A stretch of 64,000 nucleotides of DNA from Sphingobacteriales bacterium (GCA_027483645.1 JAIXUD010000017.1:19083-83082); one strand, 5' to 3'; positions 49,863-59,691 are shown, counted from the stretch's first letter. Numbers and translations: made by a program. Notes: generated from the sequence alone by a model not told the origin.

Positions 49863-49897
49863 AAAAAAATACCGGCACGATGACCAATCGTGCCGGT
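49863..49897 (-). terminator. Intrinsic terminator for the minus-strand gene
   Basis: ACCGGCACGAT-gacca-ATCGTGCCGGT with an A7 tract on its left (+ strand). Confidence 0.75.
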
Positions 49898-49957
49898 GCA
49901 AACAACCAAACGTAATGAAACCAGATATGAAGGTACGCTCGCTGGAGGGCGGTCTAT

Positions 49958-50518
49958 TTATTCTCCTTTGGGCAGGTCTTTAACACAACGGCAGCTTACT
50001 CCCCGCTCAATAGGCGCATAGTTATCCAGTACTAGGGGGCTGTAGGCTTTCACTTCTTTTATAAATGCTTGTTTCGCGTTCATGGGGCTGGCGCTCCAAA
50101 AGGCCGCTTCGCTTTCTTTAGCTTTAAATTCGTCCACATTTTCCACTTTAAAACCAGCATACAGGGCATTGAAACCGCTATCGCCACTGGTTTTAAGTTT
50201 TAGGGCAGCCATTTTTTGTCCGCCCAAGGTGGTTACCAGGTCTTCCCAGTCGGCATTGGTAGGCAGGCGCCATCCTTCACCAATACGAGAGCAGGCAATA
50301 GTTGCAAGCTCCCAAGTATATAAGCGGCCATATTTTTTGCAGTTCATGGGGTCGTTGCCATAGCACCATGAGCCCGCATAGGGTACATTCACGTTTTCGG
50401 CCAACCAAAGCTTGGTGCCTACTTGCACGGTTTTAGGTGCGGGTTTTTCCTGTGGCGCAAAAGCTGCAATAAGCAGCGCGACCAGGCTGATGATTGCCAA
50501 ACAAAACAGGCGCAACAT
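49958..50518 (-). CDS. FISUMP (Fibrobacter succinogenes major paralogous domain) protein
   Basis: WLAEN, YGRLYTW, GWRLPT..DW..L, SGFNAL.AG, FWS, S.RCVKD. Confidence 0.9.
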   Translation of the reverse strand: MLRLFCLAIISLVALLIAAFAPQEKPAPKTVQVGTKLWLAENVNVPYAGSWCYGNDPMNCKKYGRLYTWELATIACSRIGEGWRLPTNADWEDLVTTLGGQKMAALKLKTSGDSGFNALYAGFKVENVDEFKAKESEAAFWSASPMNAKQAFIKEVKAYSPLVLDNYAPIERGVSCRCVKDLPKGE

Positions 50519-50642
50519 ATCTTTCAAGGTTCAGTTGCATCAAATATCGGTATGTATTGCCTGCATTTGCAACAATCCGGCAGTATAGATGCCCACGCCA
50601 ACAGGGGATTATTGGCCAAATTGTATTTTATACTGTACAATA

Positions 50643-51071
50643 TTAAGCAGCAAGCTGCCCAAAGCTGCCTTGCTCTGTGCTTAGGTAGCGTTTGCTCCAT
50701 TTAAGGGCTGCCTCATCAGAGTTGAAATAGCGGGTAGGGCACCCCGATGGGCGAAACAATAGGGAGAAATTAGCCAACATCCTACCCCATGATGATTCTA
50801 TAACCATGGCCAGGCATTGGTGCGGAATGTTCTCACTTTGGCTGAGCAAATAGATTTTGGCAGTGGTATCAATTTCCTCAATATGCCTAAGGTCAACCAC
50901 TACTGGGCGGCTGGTGTAGTGAGAAAGGTTGCCGATGGTTTCCATCAGCTTTTGTGCTTCGCGGGTGCGCATGTGCACACCATCGTTTATGTGCACTTGC
51001 ACTACAGAGTCATCTCGCAGCCAAAGGTTGCCAAACTCCAAAAGAACTTCAATGTGCTTGCCGCTTCCCAT
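50643..51071 (-). CDS. STAS/SpoIIAA-like hypothetical protein
   Basis: PVVVDLR, A.VI.S...RMLANF, PTRYFNSDEAALKW. Confidence 0.65.
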   Translation of the reverse strand: MGSGKHIEVLLEFGNLWLRDDSVVQVHINDGVHMRTREAQKLMETIGNLSHYTSRPVVVDLRHIEEIDTTAKIYLLSQSENIPHQCLAMVIESSWGRMLANFSLLFRPSGCPTRYFNSDEAALKWSKRYLSTEQGSFGQLAA

Positions 51072-51175
51072 AGCATACTGTTTTATGTAGTATATATACG
51101 CCCACTTTGTAATTTAGTTTTACTGCCTCCCAAAGCCGGTCGGTTTCTGTTATCTTTATGCAAGAAGCGTGAACA

Positions 51176-51781
51176 ATGAACAACGAAAACGAAGAAGAGT
51201 TTATAGAAATACGGTTGACCGATATTCCCAAAGAGTTTTATAGCGAGGCTACTGGTAAACCGTTTGCGAATTGTAGTGTTTGCGAAAAGCATTTGCTTAC
51301 GGCAGGAACCCGGTACATGGTAGAAAAAGCGGTGAAACGCTACCCCAAGTACAAGCACCAAGATGTGATTTTTGAGTATGCCATCTGTGAGGAATGCCAG
51401 ATACAGATGCATGAAAAACTTTCAACGGAATCGAAACAGCGGATGATGGAGTTTATGAACCAGCGGGTAAAACCAGGAGCGCGCAGCAATAAGTTTTACC
51501 ACGAAGAACGCTTTGAGCTAACAGACTGGATAGGGAACTGTGCCGTAACCCAACAGCCCCTGGCCGAGCTTACTGAATACCAGATAATGGCCCCTTTTGA
51601 TGGCAATAAAATGGCTTACACGGTTTTCCCCATGATGCTGAGCGTGCAGGCGCTTGATGAGATGGTGGAACTGCTGAGCACCAAAAGCTTAGAGGTACTG
51701 AACGGGTTTAAAGACGATATAACCGGCATGCCGCCAGACCTGCACGAACTGTTTAAGGAGAGTAGGTTTGTGGTGATGTAG
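51176..51781 (+). CDS. Hypothetical protein with CxxC pairs
   Basis: CSVC, CEEC; 201 aa. Confidence 0.75.
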   Translation: MNNENEEEFIEIRLTDIPKEFYSEATGKPFANCSVCEKHLLTAGTRYMVEKAVKRYPKYKHQDVIFEYAICEECQIQMHEKLSTESKQRMMEFMNQRVKPGARSNKFYHEERFELTDWIGNCAVTQQPLAELTEYQIMAPFDGNKMAYTVFPMMLSVQALDEMVELLSTKSLEVLNGFKDDITGMPPDLHELFKESRFVVM

Positions 51782-51913
51782 TTTTTTGGACCATGGACGA
51801 AGGACGAAGGACCATGGTTTGCTGCAAAAAGACTGCTTGGAGATGCAAACCAATTTATTCGCTTTAATGTTGAAGCAATTAAGTAAATTTGATTACAAAC
51901 CTGTCTTGTAAAC

Positions 51914-52294
51914 ATGCCAAATAAAGTAAAAGCTAATTTCAGCGATGGTAACAATAGTATCAGCGTTTCGCTATCTCTTATCGTTTTCGAGGAGGATGGT
52001 GTGCATGCTGTATACTCACCGGCACTTGACCTATTCGGTTATGGAAAAAACCAGCAAGAGGCTAAGGAATCATTTGAAATTGCGTTGGAGGAATTTCTTT
52101 TATATACCACTGCCAAGGGCACTTTTTTAGAGGAATTGAAAAACCATGGGTGGCAGGTTACTGGCAAACCCAAGGAACACAAATATGTTGCGCCTGCTAT
52201 GGAAGAAATGATTGCCAGCAATGATTTACTTGCTGGCATAATGAATACAAAAGATTTTTTTAAGACTACTAGAAATGTCTTAATGCCTGCCTAA
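51914..52294 (+). CDS. hicB: HicB-like antitoxin
   Basis: EEDG...YSPALDLFGYG....EAKESFE.AL. Confidence 0.7.
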   Translation: MPNKVKANFSDGNNSISVSLSLIVFEEDGVHAVYSPALDLFGYGKNQQEAKESFEIALEEFLLYTTAKGTFLEELKNHGWQVTGKPKEHKYVAPAMEEMIASNDLLAGIMNTKDFFKTTRNVLMPA

Positions 52295-52530
52295 TGTCTA
52301 CAAAGCACCTTCGGAATATTGAGCTTAAGGAATTCAGACGGTTCTTGGAGCAAGTAGGCTGTAGATTGATTAGACAAAAGAGTGGACACGAAATGTACTC
52401 CCGAGAAGACCTGCTGAGATCTATAACTTTACAAAGCCACATCTCCCCGGTGCCAGAGTTTATAATCAAAAATATTCTCCGCCAGTTGAACATGACCAAG
52501 GAAGAATTTTTTGAAGAATTGGAGAAGTAG
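52294..52530 (+). CDS. hicA: HicA-like mRNA interferase toxin
   Basis: 78 aa, FLEQVGC.LIRQKSGHE, IIKNILRQL; TAATG-coupled to hicB. Confidence 0.8.
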   Translation: MSTKHLRNIELKEFRRFLEQVGCRLIRQKSGHEMYSREDLLRSITLQSHISPVPEFIIKNILRQLNMTKEEFFEELEK

Positions 52531-52552
52531 CTATGTCTTAATCATTTCCAGC

Positions 52553-53077
52553 ATGAAAAGTGTATCCTTACTGTTAGCAGTATCTCTTACCATTGCCTCC
52601 TGCAATTTCGGCAGCAGCGACGAAAGCACCACCACTGCCACCCCTACAGATACTGCCAAAGTGGATAATACCGAAACGCCGGCAGCCCAAGAAGTAACAA
52701 TAGCTGATTTACCGGCAGGCTCGAAAAAACAAGAAATTGCCAGCCAAGGCGTAAGCATTACCACGGCACCGGGCATGAAGGTGGAAGATTTGGAAACCTT
52801 TATACTGGTGTGCAGCGAAGAAGTGGTGAAGGATGCGAAGTGCTTTACGCTGGAGCGCTACAACAAAACGGTTACATTATCAGATCAAGAAACATCTATA
52901 ACACTAAAGGGTAGGCTCTTCCATTATTATTTGAATAGTGATGGTAATGGCAACCAAGAGCTCGAAGGTTACCTACAAATAGACACCCAGTGGTACTTAG
53001 TAAAAACCACCGATAAAGACCCCACTTGGATTTTCCCCTACTTGGCACATGTAGAGCTAAGTAACAAGCCGCTCTAG
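52553..53077 (+). CDS. Hypothetical lipoprotein
   Basis: MKSVSLLLAVSLTIASC lipobox followed by a Thr-rich linker. Confidence 0.75.
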   Translation: MKSVSLLLAVSLTIASCNFGSSDESTTTATPTDTAKVDNTETPAAQEVTIADLPAGSKKQEIASQGVSITTAPGMKVEDLETFILVCSEEVVKDAKCFTLERYNKTVTLSDQETSITLKGRLFHYYLNSDGNGNQELEGYLQIDTQWYLVKTTDKDPTWIFPYLAHVELSNKPL

Positions 53078-53107
53078 TCTTACCCTTTCTGGTTAAAAAT
53101 ATTTAAC

Positions 53108-53260
53108 GTAGCCCACGGTTTCAACCGTGGGTAATTATGCTAATCTTATCAACCGTTTTAACGGTTTAAGTGCATTATGTACCTACATAATGATAGGTAA
53201 ACCGTTAAAACGGTTACTCGTTATATATCACCATCACCCACGGTTAAAACCGTGGGCTAG
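53108..53260. repeat. REP/REPIN-like composite palindrome
   Basis: GTAGCCCACGGTTTCAACCGTGGG ... AACCGTTTTAACGGTT ... AACCGTTAAAACGGTT ... CCCACGGTTAAAACCGTGGGCTA. Confidence 0.85.
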
Positions 53261-53328
53261 CTTCGTGCAAATCTATATTATTGCCACTCTCAACAATTCA
53301 AATTCCCTCACTTCAAACTGGCCTCCCT

Positions 53329-54528
53329 ATGCCTAAAGAACCTGATATACTAAAGGCTTATAAAAAAGCTATGACCAGCCCCGACCGATACCTAATACTT
53401 ATGGGCGGTGCGGGTAGCGGCAAAAGCTACTTTGCCGCACAGAAAATATTGCAACGTATGCGTACCGAGGATGGCCACCGCTTTGTGGTGGTGCGCAAAA
53501 TTGCCCGCACCATTCGCAACAGTGTTTACCAGCAAATGAAGGACGTGATACACAACGAGGGTTGGGAGGAAGAGTTTAAATTCAGTGAAAGCCGGTTGGA
53601 GATAGAACATAAAGAAAAAGGCAACACCCTCATAACCACGGGGGTTGACGACCCCGAAAAGCTGAAGAGCCTAGCGCAGCCTACCGGCATCTGGATTGAG
53701 GAGGCTACCGAGTTGAGCGCCCGCGACTTTAGGCAGCTCGACTTGCGCCTGCGGGGCGAAACGGTGGATTACCTGCAAATTATCTTTAGTTTCAACCCAA
53801 TCAGCAAAAAGAACTTTATCTACAAGCAGTTTTTTACGCGAGAGCCAGAGGAGCTAAAGAATACCTATATCTCTATTACCGACCATACACACAACGACAA
53901 AGTGGGCCAATCCTTCAGGGATATGCTGGCCGAAATGGAGCATCTTGACCCCGAATATTATAAAATATACGCCCTAGCCCAGTGGGGCGAAAACAGCAAT
54001 GCCATCATCTACAACTATAAGCTCATCAGCAAAATGCCCGAAATGCTGGATGAGGTGCTTTATGGGCTCGATTTTGGTTTCAACAACCCTTGTGCATTGA
54101 TACGGGTAGGCTATTATGAGAAGGATATTTACCTAGAGGAAGTATTCTATAAGCGCAAGCTCACCACCCCGCAGATCGTAGAGCTGATGAATACCCGCCA
54201 AATAGGAGAAACGGACTACATATATGCAGATAGCGCCAACCCCGACAAGATTAAAGAACTACAGCAAGCTGGTTTTAATGTAAAAGAAGCGCAGAAAAGC
54301 GTGTTCAATGGCATCAACAAAGTGAAGGAATTCCAAATACACGTGGTGCAAAACAGCCTTAACCTACTAAACGAACTGGATAACTATGTTTGGAAAACAG
54401 ACCACGACGGCAACTTGCTAGACGACCCAGAGAAGCACAACGACCATGCTTGCGATGCCATTCGCTATGCCATCTACTCCCACCTCGGCAAGCGCAAGCA
54501 GAGCGTTATTTGGGGGCATTCGGGGTGA
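53329..54528 (+). CDS. Terminase large subunit, PBSX family
   Basis: Walker A GGAGSGKS, Walker B IWIEEATE, FNP, nuclease GLDFGF, ADSA, NDHACDAIRY. ATG 53329 preferred. Confidence 0.95.
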   Translation: MPKEPDILKAYKKAMTSPDRYLILMGGAGSGKSYFAAQKILQRMRTEDGHRFVVVRKIARTIRNSVYQQMKDVIHNEGWEEEFKFSESRLEIEHKEKGNTLITTGVDDPEKLKSLAQPTGIWIEEATELSARDFRQLDLRLRGETVDYLQIIFSFNPISKKNFIYKQFFTREPEELKNTYISITDHTHNDKVGQSFRDMLAEMEHLDPEYYKIYALAQWGENSNAIIYNYKLISKMPEMLDEVLYGLDFGFNNPCALIRVGYYEKDIYLEEVFYKRKLTTPQIVELMNTRQIGETDYIYADSANPDKIKELQQAGFNVKEAQKSVFNGINKVKEFQIHVVQNSLNLLNELDNYVWKTDHDGNLLDDPEKHNDHACDAIRYAIYSHLGKRKQSVIWGHSG

Positions 54529-54768
54529 AGGGGTTGGTCAACGGTCAACAGTCCACAGTGCGCAGTGCTTTATGTTTAGTGCACCTTACATCTGTAACAT
54601 AGCGTTCCATCGTATTAGCTTTTAGTCTTCTAATTCCATAAAAGACCTCCACAAACACCCTCCCCACCCCCGTTAACAACTCACTGAAACAAAATTTGGC
54701 ACCCTACGTAAAAACAGGTACGGCTCACCACCTTATGGCCGTATTAAACCGTTCACTCAAAACGCCAA

Positions 54769-57700
54769 ATGAAAACGTTATTACATCTCGGGTTCTTTGC
54801 TCTAATGATGTTCGCTGCTACTACCCTTTACGCGCAAACACCACAAGGCATTCGTTATCAAGCTGTAGCAAGGGACCTTTCTGGTTCTTTGATTACCGAT
54901 CAAGACATTCGTATTCGCATTAGCATTACGGATAAGTTCGATAGGCAGATATACTACACTGAAATACACACGTTACAAACCAACCACCACGGGCTGTTCT
55001 CCTTGTCCATTGGGCAGGGCGATGTTGTTACCGGTGTGTTTGCCGACATCCCTTGGGCAACCGGCGACAAATGGCTGAAGATAGAAATGGACCCCAAAGG
55101 TGGCGGCAACTTTGTGCTGATTAATAGCTCAGAGCTTCAGTCGGTCCCTTTTGCGTTGTTTTCGGCAGAATCTGCCAAAACCCCGGGCACGGACATGGAT
55201 ACCACCAACGAAATGATTAACCAATTCTATTTTGATAGTGTAACTAATGAATTGGTAGTGGTAGAAGGGAGCGCAACACACCGCGTGATTATCCCAATAG
55301 GCGCTACTGGTGGCAATGGCCCAACTGCACTAAACGACCTTACCGACGTAAATGCTACCCCAACTGCGGGCCAAGTGCTAAAATGGACCGGCTCCACTTG
55401 GGTGGCTGCCAACGACGACTTAGGCACCCCGACCCTTACCTTGGTAAACGGCGACCTTAGCATTACTAACGGCAACACTATTTCGCTAGCGAATTTTATG
55501 GACAATACTGACGACCAAGAACTGGTTTTCGACCCGGCGAGCAAAATACTTCGTTTGGAAGATGGCGGCTTCGCCGATTTGTCTTCATTGGTAAGCAACG
55601 ATGCGGTTACAGGCTTGTTCTTCGATACGCTTAGCAAAACCCTTACCGTAACTGCCGAAAACGATACATTCTCCATCAGCTTGGCTACTTTGGGCAACTC
55701 AACTGCCCAACTGGATACGGTAACCATGGCTTTCGATGCTGCCAGTGGCAATCTTACCCTTACACACAACGGCACGCCACAAGTAATCAACCTTTCCAGC
55801 TTGATGAACTACAGCGACACCAGTGCTACCAACGAATTGCTTATTGGTGCCAACTTAACCGGCAACACGCTTAACATTATTGATGCTGGTGGCACATATA
55901 GTGTAAATCTTTCCTCATTGGCCAACGATGCCGATGCGAACCCAACTAACGAATTGATTCAATCGGCAGTGCTTACGGGTACCACCCTTCAAATTACCGA
56001 TGCTGGCGGCACTTACAACATCAACCTAGCCAGCCTAATTGATGATGCCGATGCCAGCATTACCAACGAATTGATTACCAACATGCGCATCATTGGTACT
56101 ACGCTTCAGTTTACCGAAGGCACCATCAACCACATTATAGACCTTAGCGGCCTATTGGTGGGCGGTGATAACGACTCTACTAACGAATTGCAAGACTTGG
56201 TTTTGGTAGGCAATCAATTGAGCCTTACCAAGAGCAACGTAACTATTACCCTTCCTGCTGCCGGCCCACAAGGTCCGCAAGGCCCTACCGGTGCTACCGG
56301 CCCGCAAGGTGTTGATGGCCCGCAAGGCTTGCAAGGCATACAAGGTATTGCTGGCCCCGTTGGCCCTATCGGTCCAACGGGCGCTGTAGGCGCTACTGGC
56401 CCACAAGGTATTGATGGCCCACAAGGCTTACAAGGTATACAAGGCATAACTGGCCCCACCGGCCCTACTGGTGCTACCGGTGCAACTGGTGTTGGCTTGC
56501 AAGGCCCAACTGGTCCGCAAGGTCCTACAGGTCCTGCAGGTGGCCCTATTGGTCCGCAAGGCCCAACTGGCCCCGCTGGTAATGATGGTGCTGCTGGTCC
56601 TGCTGGTCCACAAGGTCTGCAAGGCCCTGCCGGTGCTACTGGCGCCACAGGTGCCCAAGGCTCAACTGGTGCCACAGGTAATGCTGGTGCCACTGGCGCT
56701 ACCGGGGCAACCGGAGCGCAAGGTATTCAAGGTGTTGCCGGTGCAACTGGTTCAACCGGAGCAACCGGTGCGCAAGGTGCACAAGGCATACAAGGATTGC
56801 AAGGCCCAACTGGTGCCAACGGTGCTACTGGTGCCACTGGCGCAACTGGAAGTGCTGGTGCAACTGGAGCAACTGGTGCTACCGGCGCACAAGGCATACA
56901 GGGTGTTCAAGGTATTGGTGGTAACACTGGTGCAACTGGAGTTCAAGGCCCTATTGGTCTGCAAGGCCCTGCCGGTTCAACTGGCGCTACAGGCATACAA
57001 GGCCCAACAGGCACTACCGGCAGTGTAGGTGCTACTGGCGCAACCGGTGCAACTGGCGCGCAAGGTATACAAGGCATTCAAGGTATTGCAGGTTACACAG
57101 GCGCTACTGGCCCACAAGGTTTACAAGGATTACAAGGCCCAACAGGTTTGCAAGGCCCAACTGGTGCTACTGGCCCAACTGGTGCTACTGGCCCAACTGG
57201 TGCCACAGGTAGCGTAGGGGCAACTGGTTCAACAGGAGCAACCGGTGCCCAAGGCATACAAGGTATTCAAGGTATCCAAGGCGTAACTGGCGCTACTGGT
57301 TCTCAAGGTCCTATCGGCTTACAAGGCCCAACGGGTCTGCAAGGTATCCAAGGCATTCAAGGGGTAACAGGCGCAACCGGCTCTACTGGTGCTACTGGCG
57401 CTACTGGTGCCCAAGGCATACAAGGTATCCAAGGTATTCAAGGCGTAACTGGCGCTACTGGTTCTGTAGGTGCTACTGGCTCAACCGGTGCTACTGGTTC
57501 AACTGGTGCTACCGGCGCACAAGGCATACAGGGTATTCAAGGCATACAGGGCGTTACCGGCTCGCAAGGTATACAAGGTATTGTAGGGCCAACTGGTTCT
57601 ACCGGTGCTACTGGCCCGGTAGGCATACCGCCCACTGGTTTGGCCAACCAAACCCTACGCCATAACGGTACTACTTGGGTTACCAGCAGTACCGTAACCA

Positions 57701-58179
57701 ACACCGGCACACAGGTAGGCATCGGCACTACCACCGTGCACCCATCGGCAGTAATGCAAGTTAGCGGCAATGGTAGCCAAGGCGTTCTGTTCCCGCCGAT
57801 GACCACCGCACAGCGCGATGGCATTGCCGGCCCAGCTACTGGCCTAATGATTTACAATACCGATTGTAACAAGTTCAACTTCTTTAACGGTGTGGTATGG
57901 AACGAGATGGCTGCAGTTGCACCACCGGCACAACCAGGCCTTATTACTAGCCCTACTACCATGTGCCCTGGCACTACCCAAGCCTTCTTGATTGACCCAG
58001 TGGCCGGTGCTACCAGCTACGTGTGGACCGTTCCCGCAGGCTGGAGCTATACCGTTATCACATCGAACATTATCAACGTAACCGCAGGCCCAGTTGCTGG
58101 CGATGTATGTGTAACTGCCATAAACGGTTGCTTAACCAGCTTGGTGCGCTGCAAAAGGATTACGATTCTTTGCCCATGA
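54769..58179 (+). CDS. Secreted collagen-like surface protein
   Basis: Signal peptide, [12 protein letters not shown] domain, D..TNEL repeats, long Gly-X-Y region, [14 protein letters not shown]-terminal PKD-like domain. Confidence 0.9.
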   Translation: MKTLLHLGFFALMMFAATTLYAQTPQGIRYQAVARDLSGSLITDQDIRIRISITDKFDRQIYYTEIHTLQTNHHGLFSLSIGQGDVVTGVFADIPWATGDKWLKIEMDPKGGGNFVLINSSELQSVPFALFSAESAKTPGTDMDTTNEMINQFYFDSVTNELVVVEGSATHRVIIPIGATGGNGPTALNDLTDVNATPTAGQVLKWTGSTWVAANDDLGTPTLTLVNGDLSITNGNTISLANFMDNTDDQELVFDPASKILRLEDGGFADLSSLVSNDAVTGLFFDTLSKTLTVTAENDTFSISLATLGNSTAQLDTVTMAFDAASGNLTLTHNGTPQVINLSSLMNYSDTSATNELLIGANLTGNTLNIIDAGGTYSVNLSSLANDADANPTNELIQSAVLTGTTLQITDAGGTYNINLASLIDDADASITNELITNMRIIGTTLQFTEGTINHIIDLSGLLVGGDNDSTNELQDLVLVGNQLSLTKSNVTITLPAAGPQGPQGPTGATGPQGVDGPQGLQGIQGIAGPVGPIGPTGAVGATGPQGIDGPQGLQGIQGITGPTGPTGATGATGVGLQGPTGPQGPTGPAGGPIGPQGPTGPAGNDGAAGPAGPQGLQGPAGATGATGAQGSTGATGNAGATGATGATGAQGIQGVAGATGSTGATGAQGAQGIQGLQGPTGANGATGATGATGSAGATGATGATGAQGIQGVQGIGGNTGATGVQGPIGLQGPAGSTGATGIQGPTGTTGSVGATGATGATGAQGIQGIQGIAGYTGATGPQGLQGLQGPTGLQGPTGATGPTGATGPTGATGSVGATGSTGATGAQGIQGIQGIQGVTGATGSQGPIGLQGPTGLQGIQGIQGVTGATGSTGATGATGAQGIQGIQGIQGVTGATGSVGATGSTGATGSTGATGAQGIQGIQGIQGVTGSQGIQGIVGPTGSTGATGPVGIPPTGLANQTLRHNGTTWVTSSTVTNTGTQVGIGTTTVHPSAVMQVSGNGSQGVLFPPMTTAQRDGIAGPATGLMIYNTDCNKFNFFNGVVWNEMAAVAPPAQPGLITSPTTMCPGTTQAFLIDPVAGATSYVWTVPAGWSYTVITSNIINVTAGPVAGDVCVTAINGCLTSLVRCKRITILCP
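56263..57630 (+). repeat. Collagen Gly-X-Y coding repeat (GAT/GPT/GIQ triplets)
   Basis: 9-nt periodic ggtgctact/ggcccaact/caaggtatt. Confidence 0.95.
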
Positions 58180-58228
58180 TTGTGGGGAGGAATTAGGAAA
58201 TAGTAATTAGGAATTAGAGATTTATACT

Positions 58229-58258
58229 ACAGCCCGGTGCCGAAAGGTGCTGGGCTGT
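58229..58258 (+). terminator. Hairpin with GAAA loop after the collagen-like gene
   Basis: ACAGCCCGGTGCC-GAAA-GGTGCTGGGCTGT; weak U tract. Confidence 0.6.
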
Positions 58259-58404
58259 TATGGTATAATACTTCCGTGTTTCTCCGTGACTTTTTCCGTG
58301 CTTTCTAGCCTGCCTCGCCTCGGGCGACGGTGGTTAAAAAACGAAACACAGAGCGCACTGCCAACTAGCCAAATGCATATCTTGCAACTACAAACCACCA
58401 CCCC

Positions 58405-59013
58405 ATGGAGTTGCTGCTATTCCTTACACTGTATTTACCCGCGTACCTTATAGCTTACATAGCCCTTGCGTTTGCGTTGCCTAGTTGGCGCATATATAGG
58501 CAAACGGGCATCAACCCGGTTACCTTTGGCGCGGAAGATACTGCCCACAATTACATAGGCCTGCAAATGAAGGTGTTTACGGCCCTACTGGGTATTGCAA
58601 TCATTGTGTTCGCGTTTTCCGAAATTGCCTATCGGTACCTAATGCCTATTACTTTTCTGGAGTTTCGGGCGGTTTTTTGGGCGGGCTTTGTGCTCATCCA
58701 CCTCTCCCTACTTTGGATAATTATTGCCCAAGTACAGATGGGCCGCTCGTGGCGCATTGGCATTGATGAGGCCAACAAAACCGAACTGAAGCAACAGGGC
58801 CTTTTTGGTATATCGCGCAACCCCATTTTCTTGGGGATGTTGCTGAGCTTGCTGGGGCTGTTTTTGGTATTGCCCAACCTGCTTACGGCTATTTGCTTGG
58901 TAGGCACTTACCTGCTTATACAAATACAGGTGCGCCTAGAAGAAGACTTTTTGCAACGCCAGCACGGCACCGCCTATGATGCCTACAAAAGCAAAGTGAG
59001 GCGGTGGTTGTGA
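58405..59013 (+). CDS. Isoprenylcysteine carboxylmethyltransferase/PEMT family membrane protein
   Basis: MGRSWRIGID, GLFGISRNPIFLG, EE.FL...HG..Y..Y...VRRW. Confidence 0.88.
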   Translation: MELLLFLTLYLPAYLIAYIALAFALPSWRIYRQTGINPVTFGAEDTAHNYIGLQMKVFTALLGIAIIVFAFSEIAYRYLMPITFLEFRAVFWAGFVLIHLSLLWIIIAQVQMGRSWRIGIDEANKTELKQQGLFGISRNPIFLGMLLSLLGLFLVLPNLLTAICLVGTYLLIQIQVRLEEDFLQRQHGTAYDAYKSKVRRWL

Positions 59014-59098
59014 AAATTGATGCAAGCTTGATGCTAGCGTTAATCTAAGGTGAAAGAGCAGCTATTAGGGTCTCGATTCGCGATTTGCAAATCAATTT

Positions 59099-59650
59099 CT
59101 ATCCGTTCCACAGTTTCCTATTTTTAAGTAGATAATCATAATTTCTGTAAACTTTACTATTATCGCTCAAGCCCTCATATTGAGAAACAATCATTGGGTT
59201 ACATACTACGAATCTCCCTTTATTCATTAGATTTCTATCTATATCCCCATCTTCCGAAGCTTCAAGAAATATATTATAGAATTTACTGTGAACCCTATAT
59301 AACGTTAATCCTGCAAAATCTTTGACAATATTTTCATCATTAATTGCCCCATACATAATACCCCCTAAATACAAGTCATAATTATGGGGAGTTTCTTTGA
59401 TGAAATAATCAAATGCTCCTAAACCCAAAAACTTGACATCATCTTCAACAATTACTACGCTCTCTAGCTTTTTCTGCTTAGCATCAAAAACAATCTGTTG
59501 GTGCGCGAGAGATATGCCTCTAGAAGGATTATCAGCAATTTCTATTCCTTTCCAAAATTGAACATCAGCAATTTTCTGGGCATTTAGCTCATGTTTTAGA
59601 TGCACTAAACGGTCAAACCTCCTTGCTAGGTGAATAATATTAATTTTCAT
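59099..59650 (-). CDS. Glycosyltransferase family 25-like protein
   Basis: IIHL.RR.DR, GISLAH, IVEDD; AT-rich. Confidence 0.75.
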   Translation of the reverse strand: MKINIIHLARRFDRLVHLKHELNAQKIADVQFWKGIEIADNPSRGISLAHQQIVFDAKQKKLESVVIVEDDVKFLGLGAFDYFIKETPHNYDLYLGGIMYGAINDENIVKDFAGLTLYRVHSKFYNIFLEASEDGDIDRNLMNKGRFVVCNPMIVSQYEGLSDNSKVYRNYDYLLKNRKLWNG

Positions 59651-59660
59651 GATTTACAGC

Positions 59661-59691
59661 TTGCGATTCACGAATTGCAAATATATCTTTG
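59661..59691 (+). promoter_or_regulatory. Bacteroidota sigma-70 promoter
   Basis: TTG (59661), 20-nt spacer, TATCTTTG (59684-59691), just before ATG 59696. Confidence 0.6.

Larger units (their letters stand above)
28252..54528 (+). mobile_element. Phage-derived head-tail gene cluster (GTA-like element or cryptic prophage)
   Basis: Co-oriented terminase, portal, Clp protease, capsid, tube, tape measure, tail tip and holin genes. No integrase, repressor or replication gene recognised. Confidence 0.85.

Noticed and set aside
46401-50527. Diversity-generating retroelement acting on the fibre or FISUMP gene
   Set aside because: No reverse transcriptase and no template/variable repeat pair seen in the window.
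28252-54528. Contractile injection system, T6SS or tailocin
   Set aside because: No sheath or baseplate wedge recognised, and capsid, portal, protease and terminase are present, indicating a DNA-packaging head.
27976-54768. Complete inducible prophage with att sites
   Set aside because: No integrase, repressor or replication genes, no tRNA target, and no flanking direct repeat found by eye; a computational repeat search could still reveal a short att core.
56152-57824. Alternative-frame and antisense ORFs across the collagen region
   Set aside because: By-products of the stop-poor 9-nt periodic Gly-X-Y repeat.
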